Of a DNA stretch of 64,000 nt, positions 21,890 to 32,294 are shown one piece after another. This DNA is from an uncultured Chloroflexia bacterium (GTDB lineage Bacteria > Chloroflexota > Limnocylindria > Limnocylindrales > CSP1-4). The stretch's first letter is position 1; every line of letters starts with the position of its first letter. The stretch spans positions 471,402 to 535,401 of the forward strand of contig OY970185.1 in NCBI GenBank assembly GCA_963708015.1, written 5' to 3'. The notes below the pieces were generated by a model. That model searched no databases. It was not told the origin of the DNA and saw nothing but the letters and a program-made list of their open reading frames with translations. The position numbers and the translations under genes are program-made.

Positions 21890-23313
21890 TGGTGGACAGC
21901 GCGCTGACCGGTCCGATCGGCGAGCTGGTCGAACAGCTTGCCCCGGCCGACATCATGGTCGGTATCCCGAGCTTCAAGAATGCGGCCACGATCGGCTACG
22001 TCGTGCGAGCCGCCCAGGCCGGCCTCGTCCAGTACTTTCCGGACCTTCGGCCGGTCCTGGTCAACTCCGACGCCGGCTCGCCGGACGGGACCCAGCGGAT
22101 CGTGGCCGAGACGGAGCCGCCCGACTACATCGAGCGGATCCTGCTCGTCCGGCCTACCAACCGGCTCGAGAAGGTGACCCTGACCTATCCCGAGGTGAAC
22201 GGGGTCGGGGGCAAGGGGGCCGCCCTGCGGACGATCTTCGAGATGGCCGCCGCACTCAAGGTCAGCGCCCTCGTCGTCGTCGATTCGGACCTGCGCTCGA
22301 TCGTGCCCGAGTGGATCGAGCTGCTGGCCGGCCCCGTGCTCAAGGGCGGCTACGACTTCGTGGCCCCGCTCTATGCCCGCTACAAGTACGACGGGACGAT
22401 CACGAACACGGTCACCTATCCGCTCACCCGGGCCCTCTACGGCAACCGGATCCGCCAGCCGATCGGGGGTGACTTCGGGGTCTCGGGCGATCTCGTCCGG
22501 CACTATCTCGAGCTCGACAGCTGGGATGCCCAGGTGAGCCGCTTCGGGATCGACATCTGGATGACAACCGAGGCACTGGCCGGCGGCTATGCCGTGTGCC
22601 AGGCCCGGCTCGGAGCCAAGGTCCACGATCCGAAGGATCCCGGGGCGGACCTCGGGCCGATGTTCCGCCAGGTCGTGGCCACGATCCTCCGGCTGGCGGC
22701 CCGAAGCCCGGAGCGCTGGCTCCAGATCAAGGGGTCGCACGACGTGCCGGCCTACGGCTTCGAGCGGATCGTCGATCCACCGCCGCTCGAGGTGAACACC
22801 CTGCGCCTCGTTTCCGAGTTCAATCTCGGCTCGGTCGGGATGGCTGACACGTGGGCCGAGATGCTCGCCCCGGCGACTCTCGCGACGGTCCTCGAGCTGG
22901 CGGCCGAGGCGGGCCAGCGGTTCGACGACGCATCGCGCCGGCTGGGCGTCCACGGCGGGGATACCGGCGCGTCTGGGAGCGACGGCGCAAGTGGCGGCCC
23001 GAGCACCCACGAGATGGCCGATTCCCTGGCCGGCTTCCACTTCCCGGACGATGTCTGGGCCCGGGTGATCTACGACCTCGTCGTGACCACCGGCCGGCTC
23101 GAGCGAGCGACCGGCGAGGCAGCCGCCAAGGCGTCGGCGACCCTCGAGCGCTACGTGGCCGGGCTGGTGCCGATCTACTTCGGCCGGGTGGCCAGCTTCG
23201 TCGTCGAGAACCGGGACATCACGACCGATGAGACCGAGGAACGGGTGGAGCGCCAGGCCCGCGAGTTCGAGCTGCTCAAGCCCTATCTCGTCGAACGCTG
23301 GAACGCGCTTTGA
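21889..23313 (+). CDS. putative glycosyltransferase (GT-A fold), roughly 474 aa
   Basis: GTG start overlapping the upstream stop (TAGTG); N-terminus IMVGIPSFKNAATIGYVVRAAQAG typical of nucleotide-sugar glycosyltransferases; next to gpgS and glycerate kinase. Confidence 0.5.
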   Translation: MVDSALTGPIGELVEQLAPADIMVGIPSFKNAATIGYVVRAAQAGLVQYFPDLRPVLVNSDAGSPDGTQRIVAETEPPDYIERILLVRPTNRLEKVTLTYPEVNGVGGKGAALRTIFEMAAALKVSALVVVDSDLRSIVPEWIELLAGPVLKGGYDFVAPLYARYKYDGTITNTVTYPLTRALYGNRIRQPIGGDFGVSGDLVRHYLELDSWDAQVSRFGIDIWMTTEALAGGYAVCQARLGAKVHDPKDPGADLGPMFRQVVATILRLAARSPERWLQIKGSHDVPAYGFERIVDPPPLEVNTLRLVSEFNLGSVGMADTWAEMLAPATLATVLELAAEAGQRFDDASRRLGVHGGDTGASGSDGASGGPSTHEMADSLAGFHFPDDVWARVIYDLVVTTGRLERATGEAAAKASATLERYVAGLVPIYFGRVASFVVENRDITTDETEERVERQAREFELLKPYLVERWNAL

Positions 23314-24180
23314 ACCGGACCCCGCTGCCGGTCCGGATCCTGATCCCCGTCGCCAACCCGGGCACGGCCGGCGAGCTCGTCCGGATCGGCGCGGCGCTGC
23401 TCGAGCCGCGGGCCGGCGAGCTGCGGGCGCTGGGCATCGTCGAGGTGCCCGAGGGAATGCCCCTGTCCGAGGGCGCGACCCGCGCCCGCCACGCCCGGCG
23501 GCTCCTCCAGCGGGTCCTCGACTACGCCCCGGAAGGCGTGCCGATCCATCCGATCGTCCGGATCGCCCGACACGCCGCCGAGGGGATCGTCGAGGCGGCC
23601 GTCGAGGAGGAGGCCGACCTGCTCGTGTTCGGCTGGGGTGGCCGGCACACGATCCATGTCAACGACACGCCGGCCGACGGGAACTCGCCGGCGGGGCCGG
23701 TCGGGCAGTGAGCCGAGCTCGGTCGTCTCGCCGACGATCGACCAGGTCGTCCGGGCGGCGCCGTGCGACATCGCCGTCGTCAAGCAGCGCGGCTCGACCG
23801 AGATCCGGCGGATCCTCGTACCGGTCCGGGGCGGGCCCCATGCCGAGCTCGCCCTGACCTTCGCCGACGCCCTCGGGACCTACCACGGCGCGACCGTCAC
23901 GGTCCTCCACGTCGTCCCGGCGGGGATCACCAGGGCCGTCCGGGCCCAGGCCGAGCGAGCCCTGGCGGCCTTCGTCAAGCAGCACGTCCAGGGCGCGGCC
24001 GAGCCGCTCGTGCGCGAGGCGGCCAACGTCAGGACGGCGATCCTGCGCGAGGCCGAACGGGCCGACGTCGTGGTCGTCGGCGCCTCGGCCTCGCCGGCCG
24101 AAGGCGGCGCGCGAGGCGCACCTGTTCGGCGCCCTGCCCGAGGCGATCGCCACCCGCGCCCGGCCGACCGTCGTCGTGGT
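23310..24180 (+). pseudogene. tandem universal stress protein (UspA x2), disrupted by at least two frameshifts; 3-prime boundary approximate
   Basis: USP motifs ILIPV...DLLVFGW in frame 0 and RILVPVRGG...ADVVVVG in frame 1; C-terminus (HLFGALPEAIATRARPTVVVVK) in frame 2. Confidence 0.6.
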
Positions 24181-25275
24181 CAAGACCCGCGAGACGATCG
24201 GCCGGAAGACGTTCGAGAAGCTGGCCGAGCGGGCCGAGACGCTGGCCGCGGCCGATCGGGCGGCCGAGGAGAACCGGGCCGATCCCGACCCGGGTCGAGC
24301 GCTGGTTCGGCGAATCAAACTTCCACCATGCCGAGTTCGCCGACCTGCGTCGGCTGGTCCAGCTCAAGGAGAAGCAGGGCCTGACGATCAGCCTGGTCCT
24401 GCCCAGCCTGAACGAGGAGGAGACGATCGGGCCGATCGTCGGCCGGGCGATCCGCGAGATGATGGGCCGGGTTCCGCTGCTCGACGAGGTCCTCGTGATC
24501 GACTCCGCCTCGACCGACCGGACCCGCGAGATCGCCGAGGCCGAAGGTGCCCGGGTCGTCGAGCCATCCCGACGTGCTCGAGCGCTACGGCAGCTTCGTG
24601 GGCAAGGGCGAGGCGCTCTGGAAGAGCCTCTACGAGACGAGCGGCGACCTGATCGTATGGGCCGACACGGACGTCCGGAACTGGCACCCGCGGATGGTCT
24701 ACGGCACGCTCGGGCCGCTCCTGACCGAGCCACGCCTGCAGTACGTCAAGGGCTACTACCAGCGCCCGATCGTCGAGGGCGGCGTGCTCAAGGAAGGCGG
24801 CGGCGGGCGGGTCACCGAGCTCGTGGCGCGGCCCCTGATCAACCTGTTCTACCCGGAGCTGTCGGGCTTCATCCAGCCGCTCGCGGGCGAGTACGCGGGG
24901 CGCCGGTCGCTGCTCGAGACCGATGCCCGTTCTTCACCGGCTACGCGGTCGAGATCGGCCACCTGATCGACGCCGCCGAGCGGATCGGCCTCGAGGGCCT
25001 CGGCCAGGTCGACCTGGAGCGGCGGATCCACCGCAACCAGGAGCTCGAGGGGCTCAGCCGGATGAGCTTCGTGATCCTCCAGGCCGTCATGAAGCGGCTC
25101 GAGGAACGGCGCAAGGCGCGCCTGTTCGCCGAGCTCGGCTCGACGATGAAGCTGCCCCGATCCGGCCACGGCCGGCTCGGCCTCGAGGTGATCGAGCTGG
25201 CCGACCAGGAACGGCCGCCGATGATCCGGATCCCGGAGTACCTCGAGAAGCGGGCGGGCGAGACCGAGCGAGTGA
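24176..25275 (+). pseudogene. gpgS: glucosyl-3-phosphoglycerate synthase (GpgS, GT81), disrupted by about 3 frameshifts; boundaries approximate
   Basis: ISLVLPSLNEEETIGPIV...LVIDSASTDRTREIAEAEGARVVE (frame 0), ...GKGEALWKSLYETSGDLIVWADTD...GGGRVTELVARPLINLFYPELSGFIQPLAGEYAGRRSLLE (frame 1), ...FFTGYAVEIGHLIDAAERIGLEGLGQVDLERRIHRNQELEGLSRMSFVILQAV (frame 0); closely resembles mycobacterial GpgS. Confidence 0.7.
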
Positions 25276-26420
25276 CGACGGTCCTGTTCGCACCGGACTC
25301 GTTCAAGGGCTCGCTCACGTCCGTCGAGGTGGCCCAGGCGCTGGCCGAGGGCTGGCAGCGGGCCCGGCCGGCCGACGAGCTCCTCCTCGCGCCGCTGGCC
25401 GACGGCGGCGAGGGGACCCTGGCCGCGATCGCCGCGAGCGGCGGCTGGAGCTCGAGCGAATCGCGCCGACCGTCGATCCGATCGGCCGTCCGATCGACGC
25501 GCCGTGGCTGCGCTCGAACGATGGCGCGGCGCCGTCGTCGAGATGGCCGCGGCGTCGGGCCTGTCGCGCCTGACCCTGGCCGAACGCGACCCACTCGGGG
25601 CGACCACGGCGGGCACCGGCCTGATCCTGCGGGCCGTCCTCGACGCCGGCGTCCGCCGGATCGTCCTCGGGATCGGCGGCAGCGCGACGACCGACGGCGG
25701 GGCCGGGATCCTCGACGCGCTCGGCGCCTGGGTCGACGGTGATCGAATCGACCTCGCCGGCCTCGACCCCCGCCTGGCCGCGCTCGAGCTGCTCGTCGCC
25801 TGCGACGTGACCAATCCGCTCCTGGGCCCGACCGGCGCCGCCGCAACGTATGGTCCCCAGAAGGGCGCGACACCGGCCGACGTCGCGCTTCTCGACGAGC
25901 GGCTCGGCCACTACGCCGACCTGCTCGAGGCGGCCACCGGGCGCCGCGAGCGCGACACCCCCGGCGCCGGTGCCGCCGGCGGCGTCGGCTTCGGCCTGCT
26001 CTGCCTGACCGACCGCTGCTCCGGCTCGTCGCTCGAACCCGGGCGTCGACCTGGTCGCCGGCGAGGTGGACCTCGACGGCACGCTCGGCACAGGCGGACC
26101 TGGTGATCACCGGCGAGGGTCGGATCGACGCCCAGACGGCCTTCGGCAAGACGGCCCTCGGGGTCGCCCGGCGAGCCCACGCCGCCGGCGTCCGCTGCAT
26201 CGCCGTCGGCGGCGGAGTCGAGGCCGCGGGCGTGGCCGCGCTGGCGCCGCTCGGGGTCGAGGTCGTGGCCGTGAACGAGCGCGACGTTCCGGTGGCCGAG
26301 GCGATGGCGGCCGGGGCGGCGCCGGTCGTGGCCTGCGGCGAGCGGCTGGCCCGGGCGCGCCACCTGGCTCGCCGCATGACGCCGGAAGCCAGCCCGGCGC
26401 CAGCGGCCACGCTACGCGCT
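25272..26420 (+). pseudogene. glycerate kinase (GarK/GlxK family), disrupted by about 4 frameshifts; 3-prime end approximate
   Basis: VLFAPDSFKGSLTSVEVAQALAEGW...LADGGEGT (frame 0), VVEMAAASGL...GTGLILRAVLDAGVRRIVLGIGGSATTDGGAGILDALG (frame 1), VDLDGTLGT (frame 2), ITGEGRIDAQTAFGKTALGVARRA (frame 0). Confidence 0.7.
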
Positions 26421-26489
26421 GCGACCGCCCCGCGGGGCACGGCCAAGCCGCGGCGCAGGCGGCGAAAGCCGGCCAGACCCGGCCCGAAC

Positions 26490-27250
26490 CTGGGCCCGCC
26501 GCCTCGAGCCGGACCCGGCCCGGCCTCGTCCCGTACGTCCTCGACGGGCTCGCCGCGATCTACGGCCAGCCGACCTGGCGGCGCCGCCTCGGGCCGACGA
26601 GCGAGCTGATCCTGACGATCCTCACCCAGAACAGCGCCGACATGAATGCCGAGCGGGCGTTCGAGTCGCTCGCGCGGCCTTCCCTTCGACCGAGCCCGTC
26701 GAGAGCACACTGGGCCGGCCACGGCTGGGGCGGCGATCGGCCTGGCCGACGGCGCCCCGCCGGACTGGCTGGCCGTCGAAGCAGGCGCCGATCGAGGAGC
26801 TGATCGAGGCGATCCGGCCGGGCGGCCTGGCCCGCAGAAGGCGCCCCGGATCCAGGCCGCCCTGCGGCTGATCCGGGAGGAGCGCGGCGACCACTCGCTC
26901 GAGTTCCTGGGCGACATGCCGGCGCTCGAGGCCCGCGACTGGCTGACCCGGATCGACGGGATCGGCCGGAAGACGGCCTCGGTGCTGCTGATGTTCTCGT
27001 TCGGGATGCCGCTCATGCCGGTCGACCGGCACGTCGAGCGGGTCAGCAAGCGGGTCGGCCTGATCCCGCGACAAGGCGAACGCCGACGACGCCCACGAGC
27101 TCTACCTGGCGCTGCTCGAGCCCGACCAGATGTACGAGGCCCACGTCAACCTGATCACCCACGGCCGGAAGCTGTGCCACGCCCGCAAGCCCGACTGCGG
27201 CCGACTGCCCGATCGCCCCGCGCTGCCGCTTCGTCGATCGCAAGGCCCCC
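26490..27250 (+). pseudogene. HhH-GPD base-excision DNA glycosylase (endonuclease III-like), at least 5 frameshifts; boundaries approximate
   Basis: [22 protein letters not shown]; [17 protein letters not shown] / [15 protein letters not shown]; [37 protein letters not shown]; C-terminal [25 protein letters not shown] in yet another frame. Confidence 0.6.
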
Positions 27251-27340
27251 TGAGCCCAGCCAAGCTCAAGCCCGGACGTTCGGGGCGTTTCGGGGAGCGA
27301 TTCGGCGCTGCTATGCTCGGGCGATGCTGAGCGTGGATCG

Positions 27341-28074
27341 ATGCTGAGCGTCGGCCCGAACGGTCCGGCGGCGGCGCCCCGCATCCTCGTCGTCGACGAC
27401 GATCCAAACCTGCTCGTCGTGCTCGCCGAGCAGCTCCGGGCGGACGGCTACGAGGTCGCCACCGCCCGGGACGGCGTCGAGGCGCTGCGGCGGCTCGATC
27501 ACGCCTGGCCGGACCTCCTCGTGATCGACATGATGATGCCCCGGATGGACGGCCTGACCCTGGCCCGCGAGGTCAAGGGCCGGGCCGACCTGCCGATCAT
27601 CGTCCTGTCCGCGATCGACACCGGCGACAACAAGGCCGACCTGCTCGACGAGGTCGCCGAGGACTACGTCACCAAGCCGTACCACTACCCGGAGCTGCGG
27701 GCCCGGATCAACCGGGTCCTGCGGCGGCTCGGGCGACAAGGTCCCTCGCCAGAGCCTCGTCCTCGGGCCCCAGCTGACCCTCGAGCTCCATCGCCGCGAG
27801 GCGGTCGTGGCCGGCAAGCCCGTGCCACTGACGCCGACCGAGTCGCGGCTGCTCTACGCCCTGGCCGCCAACCTCGGCAAGACGGTGACGACCGAGACGC
27901 TCCTCGCCCGGGGCTGGGCCGAGACCGAGGATGCCGATCCGTCCTACGTCTGGGTGACGATGCGCCGGCTGCGCCAGAAGGTCGAGCTCGACCCGAACCA
28001 TCCGACCCACCTGCTGACGGTCCGCGGCGATCGGCTACCGGCTGGTCGCCCAGGAGGCCGGCAGGGCCGAATGA
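27341..28074 (+). pseudogene. OmpR-family two-component response regulator, at least 2 frameshifts
   Basis: Receiver domain (ILVVDDDPNLL...LLVIDMMMPRMDG...YVTKPYHYPELRARI) in frame 2; winged-helix output (VAGKPVPLTPTESRLLYALAANLGKTVT...YVWVTMRRLRQKVE...LLTVRG) in frame 0; terminal GYRLVAQEAGRAE restored by removing one base. Confidence 0.7.
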
Positions 28075-29608
28075 CGGCCCAGGCGAGCCCGGGTCAGCCG
28101 CGACCGCAGACCGAGACCGCCACCGATCCGGTCCCCGATCGATCCGGAACCGGGCGCGGCGCCGAGGTGCCCTTCCACGATCGGACGATCCCCCGCCGAT
28201 CGGTCGGCGGCGGGATCGGCTTTCGGACCCGGCTGACGTTCGCCCTGATCGCCGCGGCCGTCATTCCGCTGGCCGTCTTCGGGCTCCTGCTCGTGGCCGC
28301 GCGTCCGGTTGCCCGATCCGCTCTCGACCGTGCCCCGCCTGCTCCTCCTGTTCGTGGCCCTCGTCGCCCTGATCGCCGGTCCTCGTGGCCTACCTCCTGG
28401 CCGCCGACCTGACCGCGCCGCTGCGGGCGATCGCCGCCGCCGTCGACCGGGTCTCGGCCGGCGACCTGTCCACGCCGATCGTCGTCGCCGGCGACGACGA
28501 GCTGGCGCGCCTGGCCGAGAGCCACAACCGGCTGGCCGGCGGCGCTCGAGCGGCGCAACCGCGAGCTCGGCCGGATCCTGTCGGCGATCGAGCACGCCTC
28601 GCCCCGCGACGGCGTCGAGTTCCTCGTCGGGCGGGCCTCGAACGACGCCCGGATCGTCTTCGGGATGATCGACAACGCTGATCCTGCTGGTCGATCCGAC
28701 GACCAGGTCGAGGAAGAAGAGGCCGATCCCCGGCGATCCCCGGCCGGTCCGGGCGGAGCTGCGGGCCGGCGACGAGCGGCTCGGCCTGATCGTCGGCCAC
28801 CTGCCGGCCACCCGGGCCTGGGAGCCGGCCGACCAGGACCTGCTCGAGCTGTTCGCCAGCGAGGTCGGCGTCGCCATCCGCAACGCCCAGCTGTTCGCGC
28901 GGGTCGACGACCAGAACGCGCAGCTGCTCGAGCTCGACGCGGCCAAGGACGACTTCCTGCGCGGGGTCAGCCACAACCTCCAGACGCCGCTGACCAGCAT
29001 CCGGGCCTTCGCCGAGCAGCTCGGCGACGAGCACGCCGGACCGGCGCCTGGCGATCATCACCGAGCAGTCGGAGCGGCTGTCCCGGATGGTCCGCCAGCT
29101 GCTGACCGTGACCCGGCTCGAGTCCGGGGCGCTCCGGCCGCAGGCCGAGGTCGTCGGCCTCGGCCCGCGCGTCCGGCGGGCCTGGGAGGCGCTGGCCGTC
29201 GACGACGTGGCCTTCGCGATCGACGACCGGTCCGGCGGCTGGCTGGCCGTGGCCGACGCCGACCAGCTCGACCAGGTCCTGTGGGCGCTCCTCGACAACG
29301 CCGTGAAGTACGGCCGGCACCGCCGATCGAGGTGGAGATCGTCGATCGACCCGAGCCCGTCGGCCGGCTCTCGATGACGATCGTCGACCACGGCCCGGGC
29401 GTGGCCGACCAGGATCGGCCCCACCTCTTCGAGCGCTTCAGCCGGGGCAGCCGGCGCGAACGCCGAGGACGGCAGCGGACTCGGCCTGTACGTCTCGCGC
29501 GAGCTGTGCCGGGCGATGGACGGCGACCTCGTGATCGAGCCGTTCCAACCCGGCCAGGGAGCCGCCTTCACGGTGTCACTGCCGGGCGAGGCACCACTCG
29601 AGAGCTAG
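28071..29608 (+). pseudogene. sensor histidine kinase (TM-HAMP-HisKA-HATPase_c), many frameshifts
   Basis: TM segment, HAMP (LRAIAAAVDRVSAGDLSTPIVVAGDDELARLAESHNRLA), HisKA H-box (DDFLRGVSHNLQTPLTSIRAFAEQL), N-box (LWALLDNAVKYG), G-boxes (IVDHGPGV...GSGLGLYVSRELCRAMDGDL) spread over at least 5 frames. Confidence 0.65.
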
Positions 29609-29817
29609 CCGCGCCGAGACCCCGGCCGCGTCACCGGGTCCGTCCTTCGGCGGCGTCGCAGTGGGCGGTCCTTCGGCGGCGTCGTCGTGGGCGAACAAAA
29701 CGACCGGATGGGCCATGAACACGGCGCTCGACGAGGCCATTCGACGATTCGTCGCCGGGCACGAACGATCGCGGCAAATCGGCCCGATCGGACGATCGCG
29801 ATCGGGTCGATCGGTCG

Positions 29818-30723
29818 TTGTCGCTCAGGCGCACCGGATCGGGGACGGGATGTGGCATCCTCAGGGATGACCCGTCTCGTGTCGCCGCGGTCCAGCTCGA
29901 CGCCGGCGACGATCCGGAGGCGAACGTCCGGGCGGCGGTCCGGCTCGCGGACCAGGCTGCGGCCGAGGCGCACGACTCGTCGCCCTGCCCGAGTACCTCC
30001 AGTTCCGCGGCTCGGACGACGGGCTATCGCGCATCTGCCCGGCCGATCCCCGGACCGTTCAGCGACGCCTTCGCGGCCGTCGCCCGAGAGCACGGCGTGT
30101 GGATCCTGGCCGGCACGCTGGCCGAGTCGGGGCCGGCCGGCCGGCCGTACAACACGAGCGTCCTGATCGACCCGAGCGGCACGATCACGGCCACCTATCG
30201 CAAGATCCACCTGTTCGACGTCGAGCTCGAGGATGGCCCATCCGACCGGGAATCGGATCGGGTCACACCGGGCGACCGGGCCGTGATCGGCGACGTGGAC
30301 GGGGCGAAGGTCGGCCTGACGATCTGCTACGACCTGCGCTTTCCCGAGCTGTATCGCGCGCTGGCGGTCGCCGGGGCCGAGATCCTGGCCGTGCCGGCCA
30401 ACTTCCTCGAGCGGACCGGGCGCGATCATTGGGACGTCCTGCTCCGGGCCCGGGCGATCGAGAACGGCGCCTACGTCATCGCCCCGGCCCAGATCGGGAA
30501 TGCCGGCGGGGTACGGTCCCACGGCCGCTCGATGATCATCGATCCGTGGGGCACGGTGATGGCCCAGGCGGCGGACGAGGTGGCGATCATCCAGGCCGAG
30601 CTCGACCTCGACCGGGTCGCCTCGATCCGCCGCCAGATCCCGGTCCTGGCCAACCGCCGTCCGGGCGCGATCCGGTTCGAGGATCCGGCGCCCGGTCCGG
30701 CAGCGGGCGGGCGGCAGGCGTGA
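29818..30723 (+). CDS. carbon-nitrogen hydrolase (nitrilase superfamily), with a pair of compensating 1-nt indels near 29960-30030 and an unclear start
   Basis: Nit fold; the track ORF is continuous, but residues AHDSSPCPSTSSSAARTTG replace the expected conserved ...GARLVALPEYLQFRGSDDG found in the +1 frame. Confidence 0.7.
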   Translation: MSLRRTGSGTGCGILRDDPSRVAAVQLDAGDDPEANVRAAVRLADQAAAEAHDSSPCPSTSSSAARTTGYRASARPIPGPFSDAFAAVAREHGVWILAGTLAESGPAGRPYNTSVLIDPSGTITATYRKIHLFDVELEDGPSDRESDRVTPGDRAVIGDVDGAKVGLTICYDLRFPELYRALAVAGAEILAVPANFLERTGRDHWDVLLRARAIENGAYVIAPAQIGNAGGVRSHGRSMIIDPWGTVMAQAADEVAIIQAELDLDRVASIRRQIPVLANRRPGAIRFEDPAPGPAAGGRQA

Positions 30724-31148
30724 GCGCGTTCAGCCCGGCCGAGCTCGAGTACCTCGCCAGCCAGCGCCTGGGGCGCCTGGCGACGGTCGGCCCGGACGGG
30801 GCCCCGCACGTCGTACCGGTCAGCTATCGGTACAACCCCGACACCGACACGATCGACATCGGCGGGCACGAGCTCGGGGCCACCAAGAAGTGGCGGGACA
30901 TCGGCCTCGATCCGCGGGTGGCCTTCGTCGTCGACGACGTCCTGCCGCCCTGGCAGCCGCGCCTGATCGAGATCCGGGGCGAGGCGGTCCGCCGCGAGGC
31001 CGGCGGCGACGAGCTGAGTCGCGGCTTCAGCGGGGAGCTGATCCGGATCTCGCCGAGGCACGTCGTGGCCTATGGCATCGACGAAATTGAGCGGCGCTGG
31101 AAGGTCGGCGGTCGCGACGTCGATCCCGCAGCGCCGGTCCGATCATGA
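30720..31148 (+). CDS. PPOX-class (pyridoxamine 5-phosphate oxidase-like), probably F420-dependent, family protein
   Basis: GRLATVGPDGAPHVVPVSYRY...AFVVDD...IEIRGEA split-barrel signature; GTGA overlap with the nitrilase stop. Confidence 0.7.
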   Translation: MSAFSPAELEYLASQRLGRLATVGPDGAPHVVPVSYRYNPDTDTIDIGGHELGATKKWRDIGLDPRVAFVVDDVLPPWQPRLIEIRGEAVRREAGGDELSRGFSGELIRISPRHVVAYGIDEIERRWKVGGRDVDPAAPVRS

Positions 31149-32134
31149 GCCTCGGGTTCGGGCTGACGCCCCATGCGGGTTCGGCGCCGTCGCCCTTCGA
31201 CGCCCTCAATGGGGGTCGCCTGGCCGGGCCGGAGGGCAGCCATCCGCTCCAGGACGTCGGACCGAACGACCTCGTCCGACCGAGCGACGGGGGTCCGCTC
31301 AGCGGCACGATCGGCGTTGACCAGCCGGCCGTGGTCGGCGAAACGATCACGGGCTCGATCGTGCTCAAGGCCAGCGAGGCGGTGCGGGCCCGCTCGGCGG
31401 TCCTGCGGCTCGTCGGTCTGCGGCTCGATGAGCGACGCGAATCGACCACTCACGATGACGGTCGGGGGCACGTGACGAACACGGAATCGTGGGTCGAGTG
31501 CCACGGCAGCCTGTTTGCCACGGATGCCTTCAGCGAGCCGGAGATCCCCGCGACCTTCGAGGTTGGGGCGACCTGGCAGGGCACGTTCTCGATCCCGGCT
31601 CCGCCCCTCGGACCACCCACCGCGCACCTCGGCGAGTCGATCGTGGCCTGGGCAATCGACATCCGCTGGGACATCCCGATGGGCGCAGACCACTTCGTGG
31701 CGCTGCCGCTGCCGGTGGCCCAGAACCCTGACCTGCTCCGTGCCGGCGTCGGTAAGCAGGGCGGCGAGAGCCTGCTCGCCAGCGTGTCGATCGGCGATGG
31801 GACGATCGATGTCGCATCGCCCCTGCCGGCCCCGGCCGGGTCCACCCTGGTCGTCCGGACGAGCTGGCCATCGGCCCCCCACGGCGGCTCCGCTCGACTG
31901 GAGCTGCACCGCCGGACGAATGCCCCGAACGGGGCCGAGGCGATCCTCGCCACGGTGCCCGTCGACCCGGGATCCCTGGCCGCCGGTACGGGCGACATCT
32001 CGCTGGTCATTCCCGCCGGGTCATCGCCTTCGTTCGACGGGGCAGGCCTGGAGATCGACTACATCATCCGGGTCCTGGTCGATCGCTCCTTCCTGCCCGA
32101 CGCGGCGATCGAGCGACCGGTCGGGATCTACTGA
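31145..32134 (+). CDS. hypothetical protein (329 aa), possibly arrestin/Spo0M-like beta-sandwich; translationally coupled to the PPOX gene
   Basis: ATGA overlap with the upstream stop; no confident family assignment. Confidence 0.45.
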   Translation: MSLGFGLTPHAGSAPSPFDALNGGRLAGPEGSHPLQDVGPNDLVRPSDGGPLSGTIGVDQPAVVGETITGSIVLKASEAVRARSAVLRLVGLRLDERRESTTHDDGRGHVTNTESWVECHGSLFATDAFSEPEIPATFEVGATWQGTFSIPAPPLGPPTAHLGESIVAWAIDIRWDIPMGADHFVALPLPVAQNPDLLRAGVGKQGGESLLASVSIGDGTIDVASPLPAPAGSTLVVRTSWPSAPHGGSARLELHRRTNAPNGAEAILATVPVDPGSLAAGTGDISLVIPAGSSPSFDGAGLEIDYIIRVLVDRSFLPDAAIERPVGIY

Positions 32135-32199
32135 GCCGGCCTCTCCGATCGACCGGAGCCGGGCTGCCGTCAAGACCGGGCTGGTAGACTCTCAGCCGC

Positions 32200-32274
32200 G
32201 CCGACATAGCTCAGCGGTAGAGCAGCTGTTTCGTAAACAGCAGGTCCTCGGTTCAAATCCGAGTGTCGGCTCCA
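32200..32274 (+). tRNA. tRNA-Thr (anticodon CGT), CCA encoded
   Basis: Cloverleaf folds by eye: acceptor GCCGACA/TGTCGGC, D-stem GCTC/GAGC, anticodon stem GCTGT/ACAGC with loop TTCGTAA, T-stem CTCGG/CCGAG, then TCCA. Confidence 0.85.
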
Positions 32275-32294
32275 CTCGCTCCCCGTGCCAGTGG

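Noticed and set aside
25504-26106. Stand-alone 200-aa ORF that could be annotated as a separate small protein
   Set aside because: It is the middle, frame-shifted part of the glycerate kinase gene (VVEMAAASGL...GIGGSATTDGGAGILDALG), not an independent gene.
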